Origin: Octopus bimaculoides
Taxonomy: Eukaryota
NCBI RefSeq assembly: GCF_001194135.2
Contig: NC_068994.1
Location: 44,471,759-44,535,758, forward strand
Reading direction: 5' to 3'
DNA: 64,000 nt
Positions 25,779 to 37,716 of the stretch are shown here, piece by piece (positions within the stretch are counted from its first letter, which is position 1; every line of letters begins with the position of its first letter). The notes under the pieces are model-generated. The model saw only the letters and a program-made list of their open reading frames with translations. It ran no database searches and was not told the origin of the DNA. The translations under genes were made by a program, and so were the position numbers.

Positions 25779-26205
25779 CAGGCCCTGATTAAGACCCATC
25801 GAGATCCTAAGCACTTAAAAGATTTTGGTGCCCCCATAAAAGATTATGTAATTCAAAATATAAACAATAACTGACCATAAAATAAATATTTTATTTTTCA
25901 AAACGAAACAAAACAGTAAGAGGGAAAATAGTGTTTATTTTTGTATACTTCCACTTTATTTATATTTGAAAAGTTTCCTCCTACTTTTTTGAATTGCAAA
26001 GTCTTTGGTTAGATCCTCAAAATTAATCTTAGGTAACGCATCTACATCTATACTTAGTAGAGATAAAGGTATCCTGAATATTATTTTAGCAAGTTTAAAG
26101 TGGTTTCTTTTGTGCCGTAAACCATATACCATTTCTGTGGTGCCCCCTCCTTCCCTTGATGCCCTAAGTACATGCTTATTTTGCTTAATGGTTAATCCAG
26201 CACTG
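25779..26205. mobile_element. Degenerate MITE, possibly hAT-like
   Basis: Imperfect TIRs caggccctgattaa / ttaatccagcactg (10/14 match); 8-bp flanks gttagaaa / attaaaaa (6/8). Confidence 0.45.
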
Positions 26206-26509
26206 ATTAAAAATATCGATTATAGACACCCCAACCACAAGATTATCCATTATTTTTCCAACAACAACCTCTGAGTTCCTTTCTGAATCCCATATGTCTA
26301 ACACTTGTCAGTATGCTTACAAAATCAGAAAACAGCACAGCACCCATGACTTTCAGAAACGTTTCTTTCTCTTTTTCCATGAATTACTGAAACATGGAAT
26401 AGATTACTCACAACAGTTGTTAACTGTTGGAACAATACAGCCTTCAAGACTTCCATGCTTCCTGGAATTCGCCAACAGTTCACCTGTTGTTCCTGTTCCA
26501 CATTTTTTC

Positions 26510-26860
26510 CTCTGTATTGTTTTCAGTCATGTTTGTTTCCTTGTTTGTCCGTGAACAAGATATCTCAAGAACCACTGGATGGATTTGAATGAAACTTTCA
26601 GGAATGTTTGGCCTCATGACTGGTACAAACTGATTAGATTTTGGAATCAATCTGGTACCGGACAAGGATTCTGGATTATTTTTTCCTGTTTTTTTACTTA
26701 ATTTTTGATAGCAATTGGGTTCATTTTTAATATTCTTGTTTGTGAGAGCAGTCGACTTTATTTCAGATATTCTCATTTTAAAAACCATCTCTGGCTAATC
26801 ACTGAGAGGAAGTTGGTGTTACCTTGGAAGAGGTTTGCGCTCTCTGAGTGCTCTTGTTAT
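26510..26860 (+). mobile_element. Non-autonomous Helentron/HINE-like element
   Basis: gtttgtccgtgaacaagatatctcaagaaccactggatggatttgaatgaaactttcagg ... ggtttgcgctctctgagtgctcttgtt, an arrangement typical of DINE/HINE-like repeats. Confidence 0.55.
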
Positions 26861-26987
26861 ATCTTTTTTAAGACCCATTCACATTTCACTTTCATGTCTT
26901 TTTGTGTATTATTCCATGTACTGCACATGCACTTTTGGTTGCCTTTTCTGAAGAGATTTAATGCACCACCAACACTATACAATAAGA

Positions 26988-27022
<35 letters not shown>

Positions 27023-27688
27023 CCATTGTTGTTGTCGTTGTCATCATCAATAAGTCCATGTGGCATTTTGTAACATTAAAGTGCTCAGGTGTGGTTAAGA
27101 AGTTTGTTTCATGACTACATGGTCCCACTGCACAGCATTTTCGGTAAATATATTCTACCACAGACTCAGATCAACCAAAACCTTGGGAGCGAAATTTTGT
27201 GGACAGAAACTATGCAGAAATCCATTAGAAGGATTGAACTTGTTTTTGGCTGATAGACTTAATTTTGTCTTCTGTAGCGCATTGCCCCATGAACTCATAA
27301 GAGACGAACTGTAAACAAGGACATTCACTGAAGACTAGTTATCAAGCTGAGACTTCTGGTTTGGTGACAAATGAGACCCAAACTTAAATGGCTGATTGTA
27401 CTCTCTCTCATGTCGGAGATGATTGATACAGAATAAACAACACTTCAACAGACTCTCGTTTGTGATTATCTTTATGTATAGCTTTACAAAAGCTATACAC
27501 CCATTTTAATATCACCTGGGCCTTGAAAGCTTTTAGCTGAGTCCACTCTGTGGGAAGCCTTTGAGCCAGGTCTCTGGTCAACATTCTGAGAATAACCCAC
27601 TTGTACCGGTTACAGAGGCCTGTTACATGGTTTCTTGGTTACCGTTGCTGTGGGGTTGCGATATTGGATGTGTATAGTGTTGTTGAGT

Positions 27689-28073
27689 GGAGGCACAATG
27701 GCCCAGTAGTTAGAGCAGCGGACTCGCGGTCATAGGATTGCGGTTTCGATTCCCAGACCAGGCGTTGTGAGTGTTTATTGAGCGAAAACACCTAAAGCTC
27801 CACGAGGCTCCGGCAGGGGATGGTGGCGAACCCTGCTGTACTCTTTCACCACAACTTTCTCTCTCTCTTACTTCCTGTTTCTGTTGTGCCTGTAATTCAA
27901 AGGGTCAGCCTTGTCACACTGTGTCACGCTGAATATCCCCCGAGAACTACGTTAAGGGTACACGTGTCTGTGGAGTGCTCAGCCACTTGCACGTTAATTT
28001 CATGAGCAGGCTGTTCCGTTGGTCAGATCAACTGGAACCCTCGGCGTCGTAAGCGACGGAGTGCCAACAACAA
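27689..28073 (+). mobile_element. Full-length young SINE family C with probable TSD
   Basis: tRNA-like head ggaggcacaatggcccagtagttagagcagcggactc...gtttcgattccc; (ACA)n tail; flanks agtgttgttga (27676-86) / agtgctgttga (28073-83), 10/11. Confidence 0.9.
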
Positions 28074-30424
28074 GTGCTGTTGAAGACCATCATTATGTGG
28101 TCTAGCTGGTTGCATGTATAATAAATGAAGCAACTCATGAACTTTTGACTTTCAGCATATTTATTGCTGGACATGGTTTACTGTGTTGGCTGTTTACAAA
28201 AGAAAAATGCTGGTAATATAACTGCTGACTGGGAGGAGAGAACCTCCCTGTGTCTTGTAGAAGGTTAGCAGTGGTGTATCATGTGTGGATGTCCAAAGTC
28301 ATCTCTTGCTCAAGGTGGTCTGTTCAAGTGCCTGATGTGATCTGATATTAGTAATTTGCCTTTTGCTCAAAGTGGTTTGTGCGAATACCTGATGCTGTCT
28401 GGCAGAGATAGGTGCCAAACAGTTTTTATAGGGTGAAAAGGGGGTTGAATTTTAGATCATTTGAGGAGCCATATCACACTACAGCTTCACACTGATTGGG
28501 CGATTTACAGATCAATCATGTGAAACTATGGTCGCTTACTTGGTAATCCTAACTGAATATCTTGCAGTTGGGGTTCAAATCCCTACAGGCCTTTATAAGG
28601 GTTGAGGGCACTGATCTTCCATTTCAAAGTCATTAAAAAATATCTAAGCCAATAAATTACATATTTCTGACTCCATAACCCTAAATCCCTTGAAAAATAA
28701 AATTTTTTTTAAATATATAAAATTTATATCTACTGACATAGGGCTAATGTACACAAGCTGACAAAAAAAAAAAAACTTTTATTTCAAACACATTCTATAA
28801 AATTCTCCACATACTCTTTTAAGTTTCAATTTGTTTCTGATTTACCTAAATATTAGAACTATTACCTAAATGTTAGAACCATCTGCACCTTTCCCATAAG
28901 TATTAATGTTGGAATTACACAGAGAAAACAAAATTTCAAGTTGATTAAATAGTCTTTTACCAGTTTCAAAATTGATGACAGAATTATCTTCCTTAAACGT
29001 TTTGATTTTTACTAAACATGAAAACATCTATAGCAGACAAATGTTTGTGAACAGCTAGTCTCTCCGTCAAGAAATATGGGTCTTCAGCATTCATTACTGT
29101 TTAGAAATTCCAAGTCAGAGAAGTTGAAAGAGTTGAAAAGGATTAAGAAACAAATGAAAATTTTAAAAAATAAAAAGAGAAAGAGAGAAAGCAAGATAAA
29201 ATATCCTACAATGAGATTATAAGTTTTAATCTAATCAATCTTATATGATGCCTATATTTAAAGAGAGCTGGTGATGAGAATAAAATACAGAGAGTATCTA
29301 AGGGCTAATCTGTAGCAATTCATTGGATAATTCACTGATTGGAGCAGAGCTTAAAACAGACAGTAATAGTGTAGTGAACTTAGGTAGAACTTGAAGGTGA
29401 TATCCCTAATGAGTCAGTCTGTTATTTCGTTGTAAACATTGTGTAATTAGTGTAGTTAATCTGATAGAAGAAGGGAGTAGCATCCTTAACGACTGGCAAC
29501 GTTGTTTCAAAGATAATTGCTAGAAAATAAGATGCATTAGAGAGGAACAACAAATTATAAAAGCTTAAGTTGTGAACCCAGAAGGTGTGGGTAAAGTGTG
29601 GTAGCTAGAAGCAACAATAAGAATCTAGAGAGAACTTTTGGTTGAAAGCAATATGTCAGATTTATATAGCAAGGTGTATAAGATGTCTGCTAATGTTCTC
29701 TAATATGATTGTGTATTGTGAATTGCATAATAGTATGTTCACATGACTGAGTATGTCCTTGAGGAGAATGTCTTTAATAAAACTGACACACTTCTTCAGA
29801 CTGGGAAAAGAAACAGTTATAAAAAATGTAACAATAAGAAAATGTTAGATAAGAAAGATAAGAGAAGATAGTTGATTAAAATCTAGCCAAGTGGAAATAA
29901 CCGAGTGATGAAGGGAGAGGCAGCTATTGAGGTTAGTTTCAATGTTATTAGTAAGGCTTTCATGTGGGAAAGAAGTAAAGAAAGCTACAAGTCTATCAGA
30001 GATGGATGATGGGACATTTGAAAGTATTAAGCTATACAGGTATAATATTAATTCACCACTTTGTCAATCAGGTTGTGGCTATTCTTTAACCCCAGGTTGG
30101 ATACAATCAAACAGATTTATGATCAGGGAGGTATGACAACCCTTCCTTTTTTTTAAGTATAGTGTACTGTGGACTACATTATTCAATGTAATGTATCAGT
30201 TTTTAAGGCAACAGAGTATGAGTCAAGAGAGATTCAAAAAGAGATTGGAATGGTAAAATTGGAAGAGTGGTAGATAAAATGCTTCACAATATGATATTTA
30301 ATTTTGTTGTTTGCATTTCATAACTTAACTAAAGTTAACTTTATCTGTCATCCTTTATAAAATGACATGCCAGACAAGCAAGCAGGTAGTTTTCTACTTG
30401 TCACTAACATAAAGATATGCATTA

Positions 30425-30650
30425 TATACATCGGTCATGTGATGCAAATGGATGCTGACAGTTCCATAAAGAAGTGCCGATTTCTCAAAGTAGATGGAAC
30501 ACGTGGAAGTGGAAGACCAAGGAAGGCAAGGGACGAAGTACTGAAGGACGGCCTCAAAATACTGAATCTTTCAGACAAGATAACAAAGGATCGAAATATC
30601 TGGTGCCACGCTGTAGTCAAGAAGACCCATTCCCCACAGCAGAAGTGATA
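30425..30650 (+). mobile_element. RTE LINE C-terminal fragment
   Basis: GHVMQMDADSSIKKC..GSGRPRKARDEVLKDGLKILNL..DRNIWCHAV, homologous to 1940-2130. Confidence 0.85.
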
Positions 30651-30696
30651 AGGTTGCTCACCCTAGTGAAGAGGATTGGCCTGCAAGAGTCCTGAA

Positions 30697-30878
30697 CCTT
30701 AGGAATGAGAACCCAGGTTCGAAATTTCACCAAGACACCTGATAAAGGCTGGAGGGTATATCAGCCAAAACGTTGTGCTAACAACAAAGAAGATGAGGAT
30801 AAATATCTGTCAAATGTAAATAATGTAAATAATATAAATAATGTACATAATTCTTCATCTCTTAAATAAAGAACTGTA
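30697..30878 (+). mobile_element. Third copy of the PLE-type tail, with an inactivated hammerhead
   Basis: cttaggaatgagaacccaggttcgaaatt..caagacacCTGATAAaggctggagggtatatcagccAAAAcgttgtgc (core 30734-30779). Confidence 0.85.
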
Positions 30879-31146
30879 TTGAGCCCTGTGTTCAATTAGT
30901 GCTTATTTTATTGTCTCCAGAAGGCTGAAAGGTAAAGTCGACCTGAGCAGTATTTGAAATTAATATTGTAATCAGATGCAACAATAGCAACTCAACAACA
31001 GTAAAATTTGTCAAAAACTAGAGTTGAATAAAAATATTTCCTCAACTGAGTTGTACCAAATTCTGTAATTACATACAACAAAATGGTAATACTTTAGTCT
31101 GAATTTATTACTGAAAAATGCTGATTGTACCATTATGAATACTTAC

Positions 31147-33522
31147 CGGTGTTGGTATTGGTCCTCTTTGTCGTGAGGAAGGGGATTTACACTCCCTCCA
31201 AGTTTGAGATGGAACTCCATGAAAAAACTCAGTTCTTGGGTCAATAAAAGAATCATTTGTATTATGCATTCTAGGTAAATTTCTTACCATAGTAGCAGGA
31301 TGATAATTGTCTGAAATTAGTTGACTCATTTCTCTTTGAGAATGGTTTGAGGATGTGTTCCTTTCAGCAGAGAGTCTGTTTTTAGATTTACAGTACTTTA
31401 TAATACATACAGTAACTGATATCACAATAGCCACAGATACAATCACAACCCCTGCAACAATGATTATCACCCAGTTCATATCTATCCAGTCTTTGTCCGA
31501 AGACTTTGCAGTTGCCTGGATCTTTGGGGCATCATTACTAACAGTCAGCCTTAAGGTAGCTGAAGCAGTTGCTGATAGAACTGGAATACCACTGTCTTCA
31601 ACTATAACTACAAGTTCATATTCCCCAGCATCATTCTGATAAACCATGCGAGCAAAAGACAACACACCTGTACGAGAGTTGAGTGCAAATAATTTCTTGT
31701 CATTGCCTTGGTATATTCCATATTTCAGAAAAGCATTTCTCGGCGTGTCTTTGTCAGAGGCTTTGAAAACTGTAATCTCGTTGTTACTTTGTGGTAGATA
31801 ATGTACATTAAGGGTGACTGATTCAACATCAGGAGAAGTGAAATAAGGGGCATTATCATTCACATCCATGATTTCAACAGTAACATTTGCAGTGTTATTC
31901 AATGATAATGTTCCATTGTCTTTCACTAAAACTTGGAACTGATAAGAGTCTTTGATTTCTCTGTCTAACGATCTAGTTGTTGAAATAAAACCACCATTGG
32001 AAATTTTGAAAGGAAACAAATGCTGATGATTGTTCAAAATTAAATAAGATAATTTTCCTCCCTCTCCTTCATCAGGATCTGTAGCTTCCATATAGCCAAC
32101 AGGGAAATTTGGGCTTTCATTTTCCTTAATCAGAAATCTGAATGAATCCTTTACAAACTTAGGCTGTACATCATTAACATCTGTCACTTTGACTGAGAAT
32201 TTTTTGATACTTCGTAATGCTGGTGAACCATTATCTTCACATGTCATTGTTACACTAAAATCACTTTTTGTTTCTCTGTCAACTGCTTCTTTCACAGTTA
32301 TTTTATATTCTTTGCTTCCCAAGGTTTGAAGCTGGAATTTAGGATGATTCAGTTGACACTCTACTTCTCCATTTTCTCCAGTGTCATCATCTGTCACTTT
32401 TACAAAAGCTATAAAATTGCCAACTTTGATGTCTTCTGAAATGACAGTTGTCTCCTCTGTTATTCTTGAAACAAAACTGATCTCAATGACTGGTGGGTTG
32501 TTATGTTGACTGACGATGTTGATACGAACTAAGGTAATGGAACTAAGAAACGGTTTTCCCCCGTCTCTAGCTTCAACAAACAATTTATAATTTTGATTTT
32601 CTCCTAATGAAAATTTACCTTTATGATATATTTCACCAGTTATTTCATTTAACCTAAAATTATGTTTAGCTGCTTCAGATGTTTTTGATCCAAATTTGTA
32701 TGAAACTTTACTATTATTGCCATAATCCAAATCATGAGCAGACAGGACAAACACTGGTTTATCTATTCGATGGCTACTATTTATGAAAACATTGTAAATA
32801 TTCTGAGAGAAAATGGGAGGATTATCATTTGCATCAATCACAGAGATCTGAACATCCATTTTCCCCTTTCTGGGTGGAACACCATTATCTGTTGCAATGA
32901 TCTGTAATTTATATGTTTCTTGTACTTCCCTGTCCAACATTTCTCTTAAGACAATCTCTAGATTATCTGTACCATCAACTCTTTTAGAAGTCACTAAGTC
33001 AAATGTTCCTTTGTAGTCATTAACTATTTGATATGAAATCTGTGAGTTTGCTTCTCCAACATCTTTGTCTATTGCATTTAGCAGAAATTTTTTTGTTCCT
33101 TCACCATCTGTTTCTAAAAACCGAAGATAAATTTCTGCTTTGGGAAACACAGGTGAGTGATCATTGACATCTTGTATCACAATTTTTATCTTTAAAAAGT
33201 TTTCATTTTTCTTATTTTCTCTGAAAATAACCCGTAACATTTTGAAACACTGAGTATCATAAGCACACAGAGATTCAGCATCTAATTTCTGTGTAGTGTA
33301 CAGCTTGCCAGTTTTTGTGACATTAAACAAATCGACAATACCAATTAGGTTAAAAGATACTAAACTAGTGTCTGCAGTTTGTTTATCATAATTTAGATTC
33401 AGATTAGCTGCTATGTCTCCCACAAGTGTTCCTGCATCTTGCTCTTCAGCTACATAGAAAGTGAGATTGCTACATAAGCAACTGCAGAGCAACAGCATGA
33501 GAATACATGCTGATAGCAACAT
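31147..33522 (-). CDS. Protocadherin, large coding exon (signal peptide, EC1-EC6, TM, start of cytoplasmic tail); gene probably continues in unidentified downstream exons
   Basis: The ORF track starts at a TTG (33552) preceded by an in-frame TGA, so the first ATG is 33522 (MLLSACILMLLLCSCLCS, signal-like). Cadherin motifs: DVNDHSPVF, LDRE, DANDNPPIF, VDRE, DVNDVQPKF, DVNDNAPYF. EC1 has C-X5-C (CAYDTQC). TM is WVIIIVAGVVIVSVAIVISVTVCII. Acceptor ttctttaatttcag|A at 33567/33566. Donor CCG|GTAAGT at 31147/31146 (phase 0); unspliced read-through stops at 31108. Confidence 0.95.
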
Positions 33523-33566
33523 ATCTCGATTCAACCGACCAAACACCAACAATCAGGGAAATATGT
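33523..33566 (-). other. 5'-UTR part of the protocadherin exon, after a canonical splice acceptor
   Basis: Minus strand reads tattcttctttaatttcag|ACATATTTCCCTGA..., 44 nt before the ATG, implying an upstream non-coding exon. Confidence 0.65.
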
Positions 33567-35790
33567 CTGAAATTAAAGAAGAATAGATTTTAGCAATTCA
33601 TTAAAATTTTGCTTAAATAATATGTATGTAGTTACAATATCTAGCAAATTAATGGCAATCTGGTAGAAAGCAGGTAATTTCTTTATGATAACTTTGAAAA
33701 CAAGAAGTGTTATGTGAATTTGTATGTGCATATATGTGTAGCAACAGCAGAAATGTATCTGAATGTAAGTGTTCAAAGAAAAAGTGTGGGTGTCTGTGTA
33801 GGAGAATGTATGTATGTATTTAGTTAACTAGTTCTATAACATCAGTATGTACTTGCATCATATCTTATGATAAAATAAATATCTGTGCTTATTATTATTC
33901 AAATGGTTACACCAACACATTTGGTTTATTTATACACATAGATAAGATTAATATTCAGTTTAAATAACTGATTCATAGAACAATAACAAAAATAACATTT
34001 TATTATAAAACAGTAAACATAATCGACATAGAACACTCTTTCATAAGTTTCTCTTTCATAAGCTAAAAGTTGAAGGTTAGCAGAAGTTTAGATGCTATTA
34101 TTTTAACATATTTCACTCAGTATTTTCTGGATATTTAAACAGTTTTCTGTAGTGAGGTTCTGATTCAGGATTTCCAGGGATTTTGAGGTGTATGGGACCA
34201 TCTCTTAGCCATTATTGTTCCTAGGTCTACTCTCACCTGTAATAGTAGCACCTGTCAGGGTCCCAGCTATGTGTTAATTAGCATATCAAGAAATTACTTT
34301 TGAAGAATATTGCTCACAGACACCCCAACGGACACAGTGCAAATAAGGCCCTTCACCTTTTTAGTTGTTCATCTAAGAGAAGATAGCCCCATACAAGTCC
34401 TGCATCCTGGCAACTGTTGGGCTCACAACACTTCTTGCACCAGACCAATACAAGTTTGAAAGACGAACGAGCAGGACTGGCCCCGCACAAACCATGCCCA
34501 CCATAACAATAAACCATTGCTGCTTTGTGAGGTAATATATCGAGCATTTAAAAAGGGCTAATGGAGTATACCCTAAAAGAGAATCAAGAGGGAGGGACCT
34601 GTTAGGACAATCCATACAGTTATACTTAACTAATGTCTGGCACCACCTACAGTTCCATGAATGCTGCAAATGCATTGACTTGTCTTTCCTTCATGGATTA
34701 TCCATGAGGGTAGACGTGGTAAGCATACTTGAGGGTTAGGCTCTTGTGTCTGGAAACAGCCCAGGCACAGCAGAAGCAGTTAAATTACTGTCTCTACAAT
34801 ACTGTCAATCATGGCAAAAAAAAAGCCAACAAAAACCTCTTCACACAATTGTATTACTGGTAAATCCTGTATATTCTAAAGATGGATAAAGATCTAGATT
34901 GATTTGGATCAGTACTTCCCAACCTATGAATCATGATATAATTCTGAATGAATCATACAGACATAACAGGGACATGATGATGATGATGATGTATAACATA
35001 AAGTATTCAATGCTATTTATATCAATATAAAACTCAAGCGGGTAAGAATTTAGCAATTTACCTAATGAGTTGAAGAATGTGACTCCACATTGTGAAATAC
35101 TATATTTTAATTCATAATTAGTGAAGAGAACAAAAGCTCTGAAGTTGACTTAGAGTAATTACATAAACTAAATGTTTTTTTTTGTAGGGGGGGTGCATTT
35201 GTTTTCACAATTAAGGTTCATTTGATAAAACAATTAATAAAGTGCTGCTAGCCTATATTAAGCTTCTGTGAGTTAGTGGTGATGATTAATAAGAGAAATA
35301 TCCATTTCTGTATATACATCTTGTTAAATATACACACACACACATACCTACCACACACACATGCACATATATATATCAAGCCAAGTGAAATCATTGTCGT
35401 GGCCAATGCCAGTGTCACATAACTGGCACTTGTGCCAGTAGCATGTAAAAATCACCCTTCAAACGTTGGACTTCATGGAGACAGTGACAAGTGACCGTGA
35501 CCTTTGGTGATATACCATGCTTGAGAAGACTGGTCAAGCTAAGTGAGAAGGTAGCTTTGGCCAAAGCCAATGTTACGTAACAGGCACTCAGTTCTGCTTC
35601 GAGTTCCAATATTTCAAAAAACAACTATTTCATGTTCATCTCAAAGGCAGTGTAGCATTGCCAAAGAAATGAGAAAAGCTGATGGTAAAATGCAAGGGTT
35701 TAAAACTAGTGAGGTCACTTCACATGGGGTGAAATAAGAGTGAAGGTGAGTGGGGGAAGTTGTTGCAGGATATGCTATAGAAAATGGCCC

Positions 35791-35970
35791 TCTCTTTTAC
35801 TTGTTTCAGTCATTTGACTGCGGCCATGCTGGAGCACCGCCTTTTAGTCAAATAAATCGACCCCAGGACTTATTCTTTGTAAGCCTGGTACTTATTCTAT
35901 CTGTCTCTTTGGGCAAACCACTAAGTTACAAGGACGTAAACACACCGGCATCGGTTGTCAAGCGATGTTG

Positions 35971-36016
<46 letters not shown>

Positions 36017-36140
36017 CGACGGGCTTCTTTTCAGTTTCCGTCTACCAAATCCACTCTCAAGGCTTTGGTCGGCCCGAGGCTATAGTAGAAGACACTTGCC
36101 CAAGCTGCCACGCAGTGGGACTGAACCCAGAACCATATGG
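35791..36140 (-). mobile_element. SINE family A, near full-length
   Basis: Reverse complement of the 13207-13612 modules, with internal (CA)n. Confidence 0.9.
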
Positions 36141-36730
36141 AGCTAGTGAGGTTAAGATGATTCCAGAGCTCAGTGTCCACTGAGCTTCCATTTCAAGACA
36201 ATATTAAACATGGTGGCTGGAATGGAACCACTTATTGCTGTCAGTGTGAAGGCTGTGCATTGCTGTAGCTTATTGTGACACCATGCAAGTCATTACCAAA
36301 ATAATACAGGTTGCTTAATCATGTTTTATACATCTTTGCTCACTCATGAAAAGCAAGAAGTTTTCGATATAGTTTTCGATAGACAAATGAGAAAGGGCAA
36401 AGCAGAAGTGTAAACAAAGAAATGTTTATTCCCAGAATTCTAAATAGTGCTTATCATTGGAAAGCTTAACTTCTAAGGGGAGGTAACTCTCTAGAAGGTA
36501 CGTAACTCAGCAATTCAATAAAGGGCGAATAATTAAATGTGAATCTGACAAAGTATTGAAATCAATTTATTGGACTAATTACTCACCTCGCTCCTTAAAG
36601 GCGGTGACAATAGGCGATTTCTGCCTGGTGATTCAAAGAGATAGAGGAAAAATAGAAACCTAAGACTGGACTGGACTGGACTATATGTATGTATGTATGT
36701 ATGTATTATGTATGTATGTGTTTGTATGCA

Positions 36731-36812
<82 letters not shown>

Positions 36813-37716
36813 TACATAAATACACCGTGTGTGTTTGTGTGTGTGTGTGTGTGTGTGTTACATAGCCAAATAGTATATCCTTGGTTGCAACCAATCAGAA
36901 AGTTATCATTGGTTTCATGTCTACTATAGGCAACTCATCAGAACTGCTGGCTGGCCTGGTGAGACTAATGATATATTTGTAGACTTATATGCATTTATTC
37001 ATATAGTCCTACCCATGCATGCATGGAAGACAGATGTTAAATGATGATAATGAGGAGGAGGAGGATGTCCTAATGTTTTATATAATATAGATACTCTGAA
37101 ACTCAATATAGATATACCAACAATTTTGATATTATGAACCATGTTGCAAAGTGTAAATAAGTGTCCATTTAAGTTCAGAATATCCAATGTATATTGTGTC
37201 ATATATAATTAATTAATTTTCCATATGAACACTCAGTTATGCAAATAAGACTGGCCTTTTTGAGCTGAGTTCTAGTTTGTGATTAATATAAATAGCAATA
37301 ACCTGTCAGGCATTCTGCAATTGATGAACATCCAAATAGAGATGAAATGAGTGAGGGTTATTCTACTATTTTTCTGCCCCATCAAGAATTATAAGCAAGT
37401 ATTGACATACCAGAACAAAACATGTAAATACAAATGTAGTCATATCTTCAGGAAACTTCAGATAATGCAGTACTTGGATTATGTTATGCTAATTATTTAA
37501 ATAATTTATATAATTTCTATGTCTAAATAAATCTTAGCCACTTACATTTTACCTAATGTTATAGATAGATAGATAGATAGATAGACATAGCTAGATAGAG
37601 AGAGAGAGAGAGAGAGAGGGAGAGATAGACAGCTATAGATATATAAACATACATACTTACATATATATATATAAACACACACACATGTATACCTATATAT
37701 ATGTGTGTGTGTTTGT

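Noticed and set aside
27689-27770. tRNA gene-like sequences (also 4930-4990, 13207-13270)
   Set aside because: They continue into multi-copy SINE bodies and lack a complete cloverleaf.
27400-28620. Very decayed PLE-like sequence around the SINE-C insertion (KPCNRPL-like motif on the minus strand)
   Set aside because: Too degenerate to call without a profile search.
29200-30300. Possible ancient CR1/L2 RT remnant on the minus strand (also 26280-26480, 53700-53990)
   Set aside because: Only faint motif traces (PQG..., YADD-like); not supportable by eye.
31355-31639. 94-aa plus-strand ORF overlapping the protocadherin TM region
   Set aside because: Antisense shadow of hydrophobic codons.
31108-33552. 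ORF-track boundaries as the true CDS
   Set aside because: The start is a TTG with an in-frame TGA directly upstream (true ATG at 33522), and the last 12 codons follow a consensus GTAAGT donor.
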